From NCBI GenBank assembly GCA_025055455.1, contig JANWXD010000020.1, forward strand, positions 1,593-65,592: 64,000 nucleotides of DNA. The letters run 5' to 3'. The DNA is from Bryobacteraceae bacterium. Lineage in GTDB: Bacteria > Acidobacteriota > Terriglobia > Bryobacterales > Bryobacteraceae. The notes below the pieces were generated by a model. The model ran no database searches and was not told the origin of the DNA. It saw nothing but the letters and a program-made list of their open reading frames with translations. Below are positions 8,959-18,404 of this stretch, piece after piece. The stretch's first letter is position 1, and every line of letters begins with the position of its first letter. The translations under genes were made by a program, and so were the position numbers.

Positions 8959-10380
8959 ATGGTCGTTATGGACGACACAGCGATAGTGATTCTGGCCGCG
9001 GGTTTGGGCACGCGCATGAAGTCCCGACACGCGAAGGTGCTGCACCGCGCCGGCGGCCGCGCCTTGATCGAGCATGTGCTAGAGGCTGTTCTTGAAGTAG
9101 TCCCGCCGCAGCAGATCGTGGTGGTCACCGGATGCCAAGCCGAGGCGGTCGAGTCGCTCGTGCGCGACCGCGGCGTTCGCTTTGCCCGCCAGCAGGAGCC
9201 CAGGGGCACGGGCCACGCTGTCATGGCCGCGCGGGACGCCACGGCCGGCGCCAAGCGCGTGGCCGTGCTTTACGGCGATTGTCCGTTGCTGACGGCGGAG
9301 ACACTTCGCCGACTGATCGCGCACCAGGCCGCCTCGGACGCGGCGGCGGTCCTCCTCACGACCTTTCTGGACGATCCGACCGGCTACGGTCGCATCCTCC
9401 GCGACCCGGACGGCCGTATTGTCGAAATCGTCGAAGAGAAATCCGCCACAGAAGAGCAGCGGGCGATCCGCGAAATCAACGCGGGATTCTATTGTTTCGC
9501 CGCGGCCGCGTTGTGGGAGCACATCCGCGAAATCCGGCCGGACAACGCCGCTGGCGAGTACTACCTCACCGACCTCGTGAAAATTCTCCGGCAGGCCGGC
9601 AAAATGGTGCTGCCGCTTCCCCACGACAATTCGCAAGAGCTGCTCGGCATCAATACGCGCGCCGAACTAGCCGCCGCGGACCGGATCCTGCGGGAGCGCA
9701 TCGCGCGGCGCCTCATGCTCGAAGGCGTCACGATCGAGAAACCCGAGACCGTCACGATCGACCCGGAGGTGCGTATCGGCATGGACACGGTCATTGGCCC
9801 CTTCGCCCAAATTCTGGGCCGGAGCGTGATCGGAGAGAACTGCCGCGTGGGCGCCTGCGCCATCCTCGAAGATGCGCAACTGGAAGACGACGTCGCCGTG
9901 GAGCCGTTCAGTGTCGTGCGCAACGCCCGTTTGGAGCGCGGCGCGCAGGTGGGTCCATTCGCCCGGCTGCGGCAGCACGCCCACTTGGCGCCTGGGGCGC
10001 GCGTGGGCAATTTCGTCGAGCTGAAGAACACCTCTCTGGGCGCCGGCGCCCGCGCTCTGCACTTGGCCTATCTGGGCGACGCCACCGTCGGCCAAGACGT
10101 CAACATCGGTGCGGGAACGATCACGTGCAACTTCGACGGCTACACCAAGCATCCCACCCACATCGCGGCGCGGGCCTTCATCGGCAGCAATGCCACACTC
10201 GTCGCTCCAGTGGAGATCGGTGAGGAAAGCTATGTGGGCGCCGGCTCGGTCATCACGGACGATGTGCCGCCCGGCGCCCTGGCGTTGGGCCGCGCGCGCC
10301 AAGTGAACAAGCCCGGTTGGGTCGAAAAGCGCAAGCGGGAGCGCGCCGCGGAGAAGCGCCGCTCGGAGAGCCCGTTATAA
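8959..10380 (+). CDS. glmU: bifunctional UDP-N-acetylglucosamine diphosphorylase / glucosamine-1-phosphate N-acetyltransferase
   Basis: IVILAAGLGTRMKS...AKVLH nucleotidyltransferase motif followed by left-handed beta-helix hexapeptide repeats. ORF 8908.. trimmed to the ATG at 8959 (alternative ATG at 8968). Confidence 0.9.
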   Translation: MVVMDDTAIVILAAGLGTRMKSRHAKVLHRAGGRALIEHVLEAVLEVVPPQQIVVVTGCQAEAVESLVRDRGVRFARQQEPRGTGHAVMAARDATAGAKRVAVLYGDCPLLTAETLRRLIAHQAASDAAAVLLTTFLDDPTGYGRILRDPDGRIVEIVEEKSATEEQRAIREINAGFYCFAAAALWEHIREIRPDNAAGEYYLTDLVKILRQAGKMVLPLPHDNSQELLGINTRAELAAADRILRERIARRLMLEGVTIEKPETVTIDPEVRIGMDTVIGPFAQILGRSVIGENCRVGACAILEDAQLEDDVAVEPFSVVRNARLERGAQVGPFARLRQHAHLAPGARVGNFVELKNTSLGAGARALHLAYLGDATVGQDVNIGAGTITCNFDGYTKHPTHIAARAFIGSNATLVAPVEIGEESYVGAGSVITDDVPPGALALGRARQVNKPGWVEKRKRERAAEKRRSESPL

Positions 10381-10387
10381 TTCGGAA

Positions 10388-12436
10388 GTGCCCGAGGTTC
10401 GCCATTCCGTCTGCGCCTTGGACTGCCCGGACGCCTGCTCGCTGCTGGTGACGGTCGAAAACGGGCGCGCCGTGCGACTGCGCGGCAATCCGGAGCATCC
10501 GGTGACGCGCGGGTTCCTTTGCGCCAAGGTCGCGCGTTACCTAGAGCGCGAGTACTCCCCCGAGCGTTTGCTCTACCCCTTGCGCCGCACCGGACGCAAA
10601 GGTGAGGGACGGTTCGAGCGCATCTCGTGGGACCAGGCTCTCGACGAAATTGCCTCCCGGCTTCGGCAAATCGCGGCCGAAGAGGGACCCGAGGCGATTC
10701 TGCCCTACAGCTATGCCGGCACCATGGGCTTGCTGAACGGCTCCGGCATGGACCGGCGCTTTTTCCACCGGCTCGGAGCGTCACGCCTGGACCGGACCAT
10801 CTGCGCCGCCACCGGCTCGGCCGCCCTGGCCGAAACTATCGGCCTGCGCTACGGCACCGAGCCGGAGCAGTTCCGCCGTTCCCGGCTCATTCTGGCCTGG
10901 GGCGCGAACATCCTCGGGACCAATGTGCACCTCTGGCCGTTCCTCGTCGAGGCCCGGCGCAACGGCGCCAGGCTCTACACCATCGACCCGGTGCGAAACA
11001 AGACCGGACAGCTGGCCGACCGCCATTTCCCCATCAACCCGGGAAGCGACGCCGCGCTGGCCCTGGGCATGATGCATGTCATCGTCGCCGAACGGCTCTA
11101 CGATGCCGACTACGTCGCGCGCTTCACTACCGGCTTCGAAGCGCTGCGAGCGCGAGTGGCGGAATACCCCCCCGAGCGCGTCGCCACCCTGACGGGTCTT
11201 TCGACCCAAGACATCGTCGGCTTGGCCCGAGATTATGCCACCATCAGCCCCGCCGTCATCCGGCTCAACTACGGCGTGCAGCGCAACGAGCGCGGGGGCG
11301 CGGCCGTGAAAGCCATCTCCGTGCTGCCCGCCCTCACGGGCGCCTGGCGCCAGGAAGGCGGCGGACTGCTGCTCAGCACCTCACAAGCTTTTCACCTCAA
11401 CAAGGCGGCCCTCGAACGGCCCGACTTGCAGTGGAAGTCCCTCGGACGGCCGGCGCGCCTCGTCAACATGTGCCAGCTCGGCCAAGCGCTGACGGCTCTC
11501 GACGACCCGCCCGTCAAAGCGCTCGTCGTGTACAACTCCAACCCGGCGGCCGTCGCCCCCAACCGCAACTTAGTCCTGCAAGGGCTTCGGCGGGACGATC
11601 TCTTCACGGTCGTGCTCGAGCAGTTCCAGACCGACACGGCCGACTATGCTGACATCGTCCTGCCGGTCACCACCTTCTTGGAGCACACCGATCTGTATCT
11701 GTCCTACGGTCACTACTACTTGCAACTCGCGCGTCCGGTAGTTCCCCCGCCGGGGGAGACGAAGTCGAACGTGGAGATTTTTCGCCTGCTGGCAGCCCGC
11801 ATGGGCTTCGACGAGCCCTGCTTTTCGGAAACCGAAGACGACATGATTCGCGCGCTGCTTGCCAGCGATCACCCCTTTGTCCGGGGCATCACGCTCGAGG
11901 AGCTGGAACGCCAGCATTTCGTTCGTTTGCGCCTGGCTTCCGACGGCGCGCCATTCCTGCCCTTCGCCGAAGGCGGTTTCGGGACGCCCTCCGGAAAATG
12001 CGATCTGGCAGCCGGCGCGGTCGAATACTGCCCGCCGGAGGAGTCGCGCCTCGGTGACACCGCGCTCCGGAAGCGATATCCCCTGGAATTGATCTCACCC
12101 AAAAATGACGACAGCATGAACTCGACCTTCGGCAACCGGCCGGACGTGGACCGGCAGACGTCGGAGCTCACCCTGCATCCGGAGGACGCCGCGGCCCGCG
12201 GCATCGCCGACGGGGATCCGGTCCGGGTCTTCAACGAACGCGGGAGTCTGCTGCTGACCGCGCGAGTGGCCGAAACAGTGCGGCCCGGCGTGGTCCGGGC
12301 AGGCTCGGTGCGTTGGCCCAAGAAGGCGCCGGACCGCAACAATGTCAACGTGCTCACCTCGGACCGCCTGGCCGACCTCGGCGGCGGGCCGGTGTTCTAT
12401 AGCTGTCTGGTGGAAGTGGAGCGATGCGGAGATTGA
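10388..12436 (+). CDS. molybdopterin (bis-MGD) oxidoreductase family protein, substrate unknown
   Basis: N-terminal 4Fe-4S Mo/W-bis-MGD-type cysteine motif (CALDCPDACSLLV...FLCAKV). MopB core and C-terminal molydopterin-dinucleotide-binding-like barrel (HPEDAAARGIADGDPVRVFNERG). No partner subunits nearby. Confidence 0.8.
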   Translation: MPEVRHSVCALDCPDACSLLVTVENGRAVRLRGNPEHPVTRGFLCAKVARYLEREYSPERLLYPLRRTGRKGEGRFERISWDQALDEIASRLRQIAAEEGPEAILPYSYAGTMGLLNGSGMDRRFFHRLGASRLDRTICAATGSAALAETIGLRYGTEPEQFRRSRLILAWGANILGTNVHLWPFLVEARRNGARLYTIDPVRNKTGQLADRHFPINPGSDAALALGMMHVIVAERLYDADYVARFTTGFEALRARVAEYPPERVATLTGLSTQDIVGLARDYATISPAVIRLNYGVQRNERGGAAVKAISVLPALTGAWRQEGGGLLLSTSQAFHLNKAALERPDLQWKSLGRPARLVNMCQLGQALTALDDPPVKALVVYNSNPAAVAPNRNLVLQGLRRDDLFTVVLEQFQTDTADYADIVLPVTTFLEHTDLYLSYGHYYLQLARPVVPPPGETKSNVEIFRLLAARMGFDEPCFSETEDDMIRALLASDHPFVRGITLEELERQHFVRLRLASDGAPFLPFAEGGFGTPSGKCDLAAGAVEYCPPEESRLGDTALRKRYPLELISPKNDDSMNSTFGNRPDVDRQTSELTLHPEDAAARGIADGDPVRVFNERGSLLLTARVAETVRPGVVRAGSVRWPKKAPDRNNVNVLTSDRLADLGGGPVFYSCLVEVERCGD

Positions 12437-12957
12437 CGCGCGTTGCCCTGGCGCTCGCCTTTGGCCTCACCTTCGGCGGCTGCCGGCGGAGCGCGCAGAA
12501 CATCCCGGCGGACGCCACCCGGGAGGAAACGCGAGAACTCGCCACGATGGTCCACGTGGCCGACCCGCGAACCTCGCTACAACTGATTCGAGGGTTTCAT
12601 GAAATCGAGCAGAACGCCTGGCGTTGGACCATGGCGCGGTTCGCGGTCACCCTCCGCGCCCCGTCCGGGGCTTCGGAAAAAGGCGCGACGTTGGTGCTCC
12701 AAGGCGCCGTTCCGGACCCGGTCATCGCCCAGCTGAAGGCTGTGACCCTGACGGCCGACGTGGAAGGCGTGCCGCTGCCGCCCGAGACCTTCACCCGGCC
12801 CGGCGAATATCTCTACCGGCGCGACGTGCCCCCCAAGGCCTTCCCCGCCGAGGCCGTCACCGTGAATTTCACCCTCGACAAAGCTCTCGCGCCGGGCGAG
12901 GCAGACCATCGGGAACTGGGAATCGTCGTCACCTCCGTCGGCTTCGAAGCGAAATGA
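12424..12957 (+). CDS. lipoprotein, hypothetical (stand-alone copy of the C-terminal domain of the next gene)
   Basis: Signal peptide with lipobox (LAFGLTFGGC). Overlaps the upstream gene by 13 nt and the downstream gene by ATGA. Confidence 0.6.
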   Translation: MRRLTRVALALAFGLTFGGCRRSAQNIPADATREETRELATMVHVADPRTSLQLIRGFHEIEQNAWRWTMARFAVTLRAPSGASEKGATLVLQGAVPDPVIAQLKAVTLTADVEGVPLPPETFTRPGEYLYRRDVPPKAFPAEAVTVNFTLDKALAPGEADHRELGIVVTSVGFEAK

Positions 12958-14810
12958 AAGCCGTTGTGCGCGCCGCCTGGTGGCTGGTGCCGGTCGCGTT
13001 TTTCGCCTCCTTCTACTGGTTGGGCCTGCGAATCTGGTTTCACCAAGACGACTTCGCATGGCTGAATCTCAGCCTACACGTGCGAAGTTGGACAGATTTG
13101 TGGGAGGCGCTTTTTGCGCCGCGTTCGTTCGGCACCATCCGCCCGCTGAGCGAGCGCAGCTTCTTTCTAAGCTTCTACGCTCTGTTCGGGCTCGACGCCG
13201 TTCCCTTCCGCATCGCAGTGCACGTGACGCAATTCGCCAATCTGATCTTGCTGGCGCGGATCGCGCAACGGCTCACGGGCTCCCGCCTCGCCGGTATGCT
13301 CGCGGCCTTGTTCTGGGCCGCATCGAGTGTGCTGGCGGCGGCCCTGGCGTGGACCTCGTCCTACAACCAGATCCTATGCGCCTTGTTCCTGCTGCTGAGT
13401 TTGTATTGGCTGATCCGGTACGCCGAAACCGGCCGGCGCGGCTACTGGATCGCCCAATGGATGTCGTTTCTGGCCGGCTTCGGCGCTCTCGAAATCAACG
13501 TGGTCTACCCGGTGATCGCCGCCGCCTATGCTTGGTTCTGGGCGCGTGCGCACTTCCGCAAGACCTTGTGGCTTTTCCCGCCGTCCATTCTCTATGCCGT
13601 CATGCACCAGCTTGCGGCGCCGAAGCCGGAAAGCGGCGTCTACGCCCCGCGGTTCGACGCCACGGTTCTCACAGCGCTGTGGCGCTACTGGGAAATGGCG
13701 CTCGGGCCATCGAGGCTGACTCCAGTGTGGCCGGAGTTCGCCCGCTGGGAGCTTGCCGCCACCACCGCGTTGGGCGCAGCCTTGCTTGGGTTCGTCGCGT
13801 GGCATCTTGCCCGACGACGCTGGAGGTATGCCTTTCCGCTGATCTGGTTTCTCGCCCTGTTGGGGCCCTTTCTGCCCTTCAGCGGGCATGTCTCCGACTA
13901 CTACCTGACGGCGCCCATGAGCGGGCTGGCCGTTCTCGGGGCTTGGGCTGTCGCCTCCGGCTGGAACGCGGGCGGATGGCGGCGCGGCCTGGCGATCGCG
14001 CTGGCGGGGCTCTACCTTGCCGTGTCCCTTCCCACGACCCGCACGGTGCTGCGCTGGCATTACGAGCGGGGCCGCATGGCGCGCACGCTCGTCTACGGCC
14101 TGGCTCGCGCCAAGCAGCTCCATCCCGGCAAGACGATTCTGCTGACGGGCGTCAGCACGGATCTGTTCTGGACCGCCGTCTTCGACAAACCGTACCGCTT
14201 GCTGGGGCTGACTCAGGTTTACTTGGCGCCCGGGGCTGAGGAAAACATCAAAGCCGATCCGGAACTCGGCGACGTTTCGGAGTTCGTGCTGCCGCCGAGC
14301 GTCGCGCTGGAGGCGCTCGAGCGCAAGCAGGCGGTTGTCTATGACGCAAGCGGCGACCGCCTCGCCAACGTCACGGGTCCCTTCTATGCCGTCGCCCGGC
14401 GTCGCTGGTCGCGCGACGAGCTACCGCGCCGGGTGGATGCCGGTAATGCGCTGTTCTCTCGGTTCCTCGGCCCGGAATGGTATCCGGTCGAGGACGGTTA
14501 TCGCTGGATGCCGCAGCGCGCCACGGTCCGGCTCGGCGGGCCCGCCCGCAGCTTGCGCGTGAGGGGTTACTGTCCGAGCGCGCAAGTGGCCGCCGGGCCA
14601 CTCTACCTCACGGTGCGAGCGAACGGATATATGTTCCCTCGGGTGGAGCTCCGTCGCGGCGACGCTCCGTTCGATCTGTCCTTCCGGCTACCGGATGCCG
14701 TAGGGCGGGCTTCGGAAATCAGAGTCGCACTCGAAGTAGACCGGATCTTCGCACGGCCGGAGGATGGCCGTCCGCTCGGGCTGGTGTTCGGCGCGATCGA
14801 GGCTCGCTAG
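12954..14810 (+). CDS. polytopic membrane protein, putative GT-C glycosyltransferase with periplasmic C-terminal domain
   Basis: ORF 12624.. trimmed to the ATG at 12954, which overlaps the upstream stop as ATGA. First loop carries WFHQDDFAWLN (acidic GT-C-type motif). About 11 hydrophobic segments, then a soluble C-terminal domain of about 130 aa. Confidence 0.6.
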   Translation: MKAVVRAAWWLVPVAFFASFYWLGLRIWFHQDDFAWLNLSLHVRSWTDLWEALFAPRSFGTIRPLSERSFFLSFYALFGLDAVPFRIAVHVTQFANLILLARIAQRLTGSRLAGMLAALFWAASSVLAAALAWTSSYNQILCALFLLLSLYWLIRYAETGRRGYWIAQWMSFLAGFGALEINVVYPVIAAAYAWFWARAHFRKTLWLFPPSILYAVMHQLAAPKPESGVYAPRFDATVLTALWRYWEMALGPSRLTPVWPEFARWELAATTALGAALLGFVAWHLARRRWRYAFPLIWFLALLGPFLPFSGHVSDYYLTAPMSGLAVLGAWAVASGWNAGGWRRGLAIALAGLYLAVSLPTTRTVLRWHYERGRMARTLVYGLARAKQLHPGKTILLTGVSTDLFWTAVFDKPYRLLGLTQVYLAPGAEENIKADPELGDVSEFVLPPSVALEALERKQAVVYDASGDRLANVTGPFYAVARRRWSRDELPRRVDAGNALFSRFLGPEWYPVEDGYRWMPQRATVRLGGPARSLRVRGYCPSAQVAAGPLYLTVRANGYMFPRVELRRGDAPFDLSFRLPDAVGRASEIRVALEVDRIFARPEDGRPLGLVFGAIEAR

Positions 14811-14979
14811 ACCAAGCTTGAGGACGCAGCGCCGACGTCTCCGGAAATCGGTAGACGAACTGCCCGTAGGCTTCAAAAACACGTAATCGTTCCTGCTGCC
14901 GGCCGCTGAAGTACTACAGCTTCAAGCCCGGGGCAACTGGCACGGCAGTTGCGCAACTCGGCGGCGAGGAGGTCTGCAG

Positions 14980-17900
14980 GTGTCGAGGATCACTTCCGCA
15001 GCCGTCTTGTTCGCGTTTCTCATTCCGTCGCTGGCTTGGGCCCAGGCGATCACCGGCACCGTGGTCGGCACCGTGCGCGATGCCACGGGCGCGGTGGTCG
15101 TGGGGGCCAAAGTCACGGTGACCAACGAAGCCACAGGCGTTTCCACGGAACGCCTCACCGACGAACTTGGTAACTACGTGGCGCCCTACCTGCCGCCTGG
15201 GACGTACCGCGTCACGGCGGAGTTCCAGGGATTCCGCAAGGCGGAAACAGCCGCCGTGCCGGTCCGGGTCTATCAAACCACGCGAGTCGATTTCACGCTC
15301 ACGCCCGGGCCGGTGACCGAGTCGGTCACCGTCGAGGCAACGGCGCCCTTAGTGCGAAGCACCACTTCCGAAATTGGCCATGTCATCGAATCGCGCGAAA
15401 TCCAGAACTTGCCCCTCAACGGACGGCTCTTTCAGCAGTTGATCCTGCTGACGCCCGGGGCCGTGCAGCGCGGCTTCGCCGACTTCGGCGAGAACCCGGC
15501 GGCGGCCGGGGCGCGGAGCCCGATCCACGCCACGGTGAACGGCCTCAAGTGGTCGGGCAACAACTTCCTCATCGATGGCGTGGCCAACAACGAACCGCTC
15601 AACGCGTTCATCAACCTGACACCGCCCTTGGAAGCGATTCAAGAATTCAAGGTGCAGACCAATAACCCGACGGCGGAATTCGGCGTCTTCGGCGGCGCCG
15701 TGGTCAACCTGACGATCCGTTCCGGCACCAACGAACTGCACGGCTCCTTGTTCGAATATTTGCGCAACGACAAACTCAACGCTCGGGAATTCTTCGCCGC
15801 CCGCCGCGCTCCCATCAAGATGAACCAGTTCGGCGGAACCGTCGGGGGACCGATCGTCCGCAACAAAGCATTCTTTTTCGCAGACTACCAAGGCCTGCGG
15901 CAGCGCGTGGGCCGGACGTTTCTGATCACCGTTCCCACCCGGTTAATGCGAGAGGGCATCCTGACGGAAGATCCCGCCCAGCCGGAGATTTACGATCCGC
16001 TGTCCAGCGCACCCTTCCCGGGGAAGATCATTCCGCCGACGCGCATCAATCCGATTACGCGCAAAGTGGCGGACGTGTGGCCCCTGCCAAACCGCCCAGG
16101 GATCGTCGAGAACTACCTCGAGGCCACCAGCTTGAAGGGCAACACGCACCAGTTCGACGTCAAGATCGATCTTCACCTTCGAGACAGACTGCACCTCTAC
16201 GGCCGGGAGTCGTTCGCCGACCGGACGCTCAAAGATCCTCCCCCTGGCAATGTGTTCATGAACAACGCCTTCGGGATCAACGCGGACTCGCGCAACCAGA
16301 ACGCCGTGCTGGGGGCGATCTACACCCTGGCCCCGAACAAGATCAACGAGTTCCGGCTCGGCTTCAACCGCTATAACGTGTATCATTACGGCGCCGACTT
16401 CGGAATCCCCAAAAACAATGAGTTGGGGATCCCGAACGGCAACATTCCGGGTCATCCCTACACCTTCGGCATTGCCCGGTTCGACATTCCGGGCATCCAC
16501 CCGACGGGAACGTTGGGCTCGACGAATGCCGTGCGGATCGCCAACGCATTTCAGTACACCGACAACTTCACCTGGATCCGCGGCCGGCACGCCATGAAGT
16601 TCGGCGCCGACATCCGCCGGTATCAATCCACTTTGACCAATCCGCAAACCAATCCGCGCGGCTGGTTCGACTTTGACCGCAACATCACCAGCAATCGCGG
16701 AGCGCCGGGCACGGGGAGCCCCTGGGCGAGCTTCCTGCTCGGCTACCCGTGGCGCGTCCAGCGCGACTTCGTCGACACGCGCCCCGGGGTGCGCTTCACG
16801 TACTGGGGCTTCTACTTCCAGAACGACATCCGTGTCTCGCCTGCCGTGACGCTCAACCTGGGACTGCGCTGGGATCTGTTCACGCGTCCGGTCGAAAAGT
16901 ACAACCGGCAGTCGAATTTCAGCCTCGCGGACGGGTTGATCCACCTGGCGAGCAAGGACAACCGGGGGCCCAATGTGGATAACTTCCTGCGTGCCTGGGG
17001 CCCGCGCGTCGGCCTGGCCTACACGCCGGATCAAGGCCGCACCGCGTTCCGCTTAGCCTACGGCATCAGTTACTTCCCGGACAACTTCGGCGCCACCGGC
17101 GGCACACTGGAACGGAATTACCCGTTCTTCCGGATCATCCACTTGACCACGCCGGACATTTTCAGCGTCTGGCGCAGCGTCAGCGACGGCTTGCCCGGCT
17201 TCACGCCCGTGACGCTAGCGCCTCGGATGACGCCACCGGCGGGGTTTGCCGTGTTCATCATTCCACGCAACTTCCGCCAGGTCATGTCCCAGATGTGGAA
17301 CTTCAGCATCCAGCGGCAGCTTTCGCCCTCGATGATGCTCGAGGCGGCCTATGTCGGAACTCGCGCCACCCATCTGTACCGGAACCGCAACATCAACGTT
17401 CCGTTGCCGGGCCCCGGTTCGCTGGCCGAACGGCGCCCCTACCGCCCGATCGCTCCCACAGTTACAGATATCTTCCACCGGAGCGGCGATGGGGATTCCT
17501 ACTACCACGCCCTGCAAGCCAAGTTCGAACGGCGTTTGTCGGCCGGGCTGATGATGTTGGTTTCCTACACAGCTTCCAAGACGATCGACACCGTCACCAA
17601 CGTCATCTATCCGTTCTTCGACAAAGCCCTGAACCGTGGGGTGTCCTCGGGCTTCACCATGGTGGATATCCCGCAGAACTTGGCCATTAGCTACCGCTAC
17701 GAGCTCCCCTTCGGGGCCGGCCGAAGGTTTGCCTCCGGCGTGCGGGGGGTTGCTGGCAAGGTGGTCAGCGGTTGGTCGGTCAACGGGATCACGATGATTC
17801 AGAGCGGGCCCCCGCTCGTGATCAACGTCGCTACGAGCCGCCTCAACACCGGCACCGGCAACCGCGCGAACATCACGTGCACCAAGGTGGCTCGGCCCAA

Positions 17901-18201
17901 GCGAGTCGAGCGGTGGTTCGACACGGGCTGCTTTGCCGATCCGCCGCCGTTTGTCTTCGGCAACGGCGGCATCGGCCACGTGCGTGGCCCCGGTTTGGTC
18001 AACTTCGACTTCTCGGTGTTCAAGAACACGGCGATTGACGAGAAGCGTTCACTGGAATTCCGAGCGGAGTTCTTCAACTTCTTCAACAATCCGCACTTCG
18101 CTCCGCCCAACACGACCTTCGGCGTGGCGGCGTTTGGACGCATCAGCTCGACCGTGCTGACGCCTCGCGAAGTGCAACTCGGCCTGCGCCTGACCTTCTA
18201 G
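14980..18201 (+). CDS. TonB-dependent outer-membrane receptor with CarboxypepD_reg-like N-terminal domain
   Basis: GTG start preceded by GAGGAGG. Signal peptide (AFLIPSLAWAQA). ITGTVVGTVRD...LGNYVAPYLPPGTYRVTAEFQGFR. Barrel ends in GLRLTF. Paralogous to 1023..4463 and 24927..28208. Confidence 0.85.
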   Translation: MSRITSAAVLFAFLIPSLAWAQAITGTVVGTVRDATGAVVVGAKVTVTNEATGVSTERLTDELGNYVAPYLPPGTYRVTAEFQGFRKAETAAVPVRVYQTTRVDFTLTPGPVTESVTVEATAPLVRSTTSEIGHVIESREIQNLPLNGRLFQQLILLTPGAVQRGFADFGENPAAAGARSPIHATVNGLKWSGNNFLIDGVANNEPLNAFINLTPPLEAIQEFKVQTNNPTAEFGVFGGAVVNLTIRSGTNELHGSLFEYLRNDKLNAREFFAARRAPIKMNQFGGTVGGPIVRNKAFFFADYQGLRQRVGRTFLITVPTRLMREGILTEDPAQPEIYDPLSSAPFPGKIIPPTRINPITRKVADVWPLPNRPGIVENYLEATSLKGNTHQFDVKIDLHLRDRLHLYGRESFADRTLKDPPPGNVFMNNAFGINADSRNQNAVLGAIYTLAPNKINEFRLGFNRYNVYHYGADFGIPKNNELGIPNGNIPGHPYTFGIARFDIPGIHPTGTLGSTNAVRIANAFQYTDNFTWIRGRHAMKFGADIRRYQSTLTNPQTNPRGWFDFDRNITSNRGAPGTGSPWASFLLGYPWRVQRDFVDTRPGVRFTYWGFYFQNDIRVSPAVTLNLGLRWDLFTRPVEKYNRQSNFSLADGLIHLASKDNRGPNVDNFLRAWGPRVGLAYTPDQGRTAFRLAYGISYFPDNFGATGGTLERNYPFFRIIHLTTPDIFSVWRSVSDGLPGFTPVTLAPRMTPPAGFAVFIIPRNFRQVMSQMWNFSIQRQLSPSMMLEAAYVGTRATHLYRNRNINVPLPGPGSLAERRPYRPIAPTVTDIFHRSGDGDSYYHALQAKFERRLSAGLMMLVSYTASKTIDTVTNVIYPFFDKALNRGVSSGFTMVDIPQNLAISYRYELPFGAGRRFASGVRGVAGKVVSGWSVNGITMIQSGPPLVINVATSRLNTGTGNRANITCTKVARPKRVERWFDTGCFADPPPFVFGNGGIGHVRGPGLVNFDFSVFKNTAIDEKRSLEFRAEFFNFFNNPHFAPPNTTFGVAAFGRISSTVLTPREVQLGLRLTF

Positions 18202-18215
18202 TGCGCGGCGAAAAA

Positions 18216-18260
18216 GGGCGGCCGCTCGCCCTGGCGGGTGGCCGCCCCTACCGTCTTTCG
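18216..18260 (+). terminator. candidate intrinsic terminator after the TBDR gene
   Basis: GGGCGGCC (18216-18223) pairs with GGCCGCCC (18240-18247). Followed by a weak T-containing tail (ctaccgtctttcg). Confidence 0.3.
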
Positions 18261-18404
18261 CACACTTTCGCGATCCCACTCGCGGACTTGAGCTGAGCCG
18301 ATCCGAACACGAAATGAATCACGCCGGGCCGCCCCGGGGGGCGGGTCGCACCGTCCGCACCAAAGGCCACCTCGAGGCTAGCCTAACTACCGAGAGGCAG
18401 CCCC

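Noticed and set aside
9132-11652. Long alternative-frame plus-strand ORFs (9132..10223, 10627..11652) rich in Arg/Pro/Gly.
   Set aside because: They overlap glmU and the molybdopterin oxidoreductase in other frames and lack motifs. They are high-GC frame artefacts.
12624-12953. N-terminal extensions of several ORFs (12624, 28099, 38150, 39931, 46673, 51705, 59393 and 63195 starts).
   Set aside because: The extensions are Arg/Gly/Pro-rich, overlap upstream genes, and precede internal starts that have an RBS, a signal peptide or ATGA coupling. The shorter gene models were adopted.
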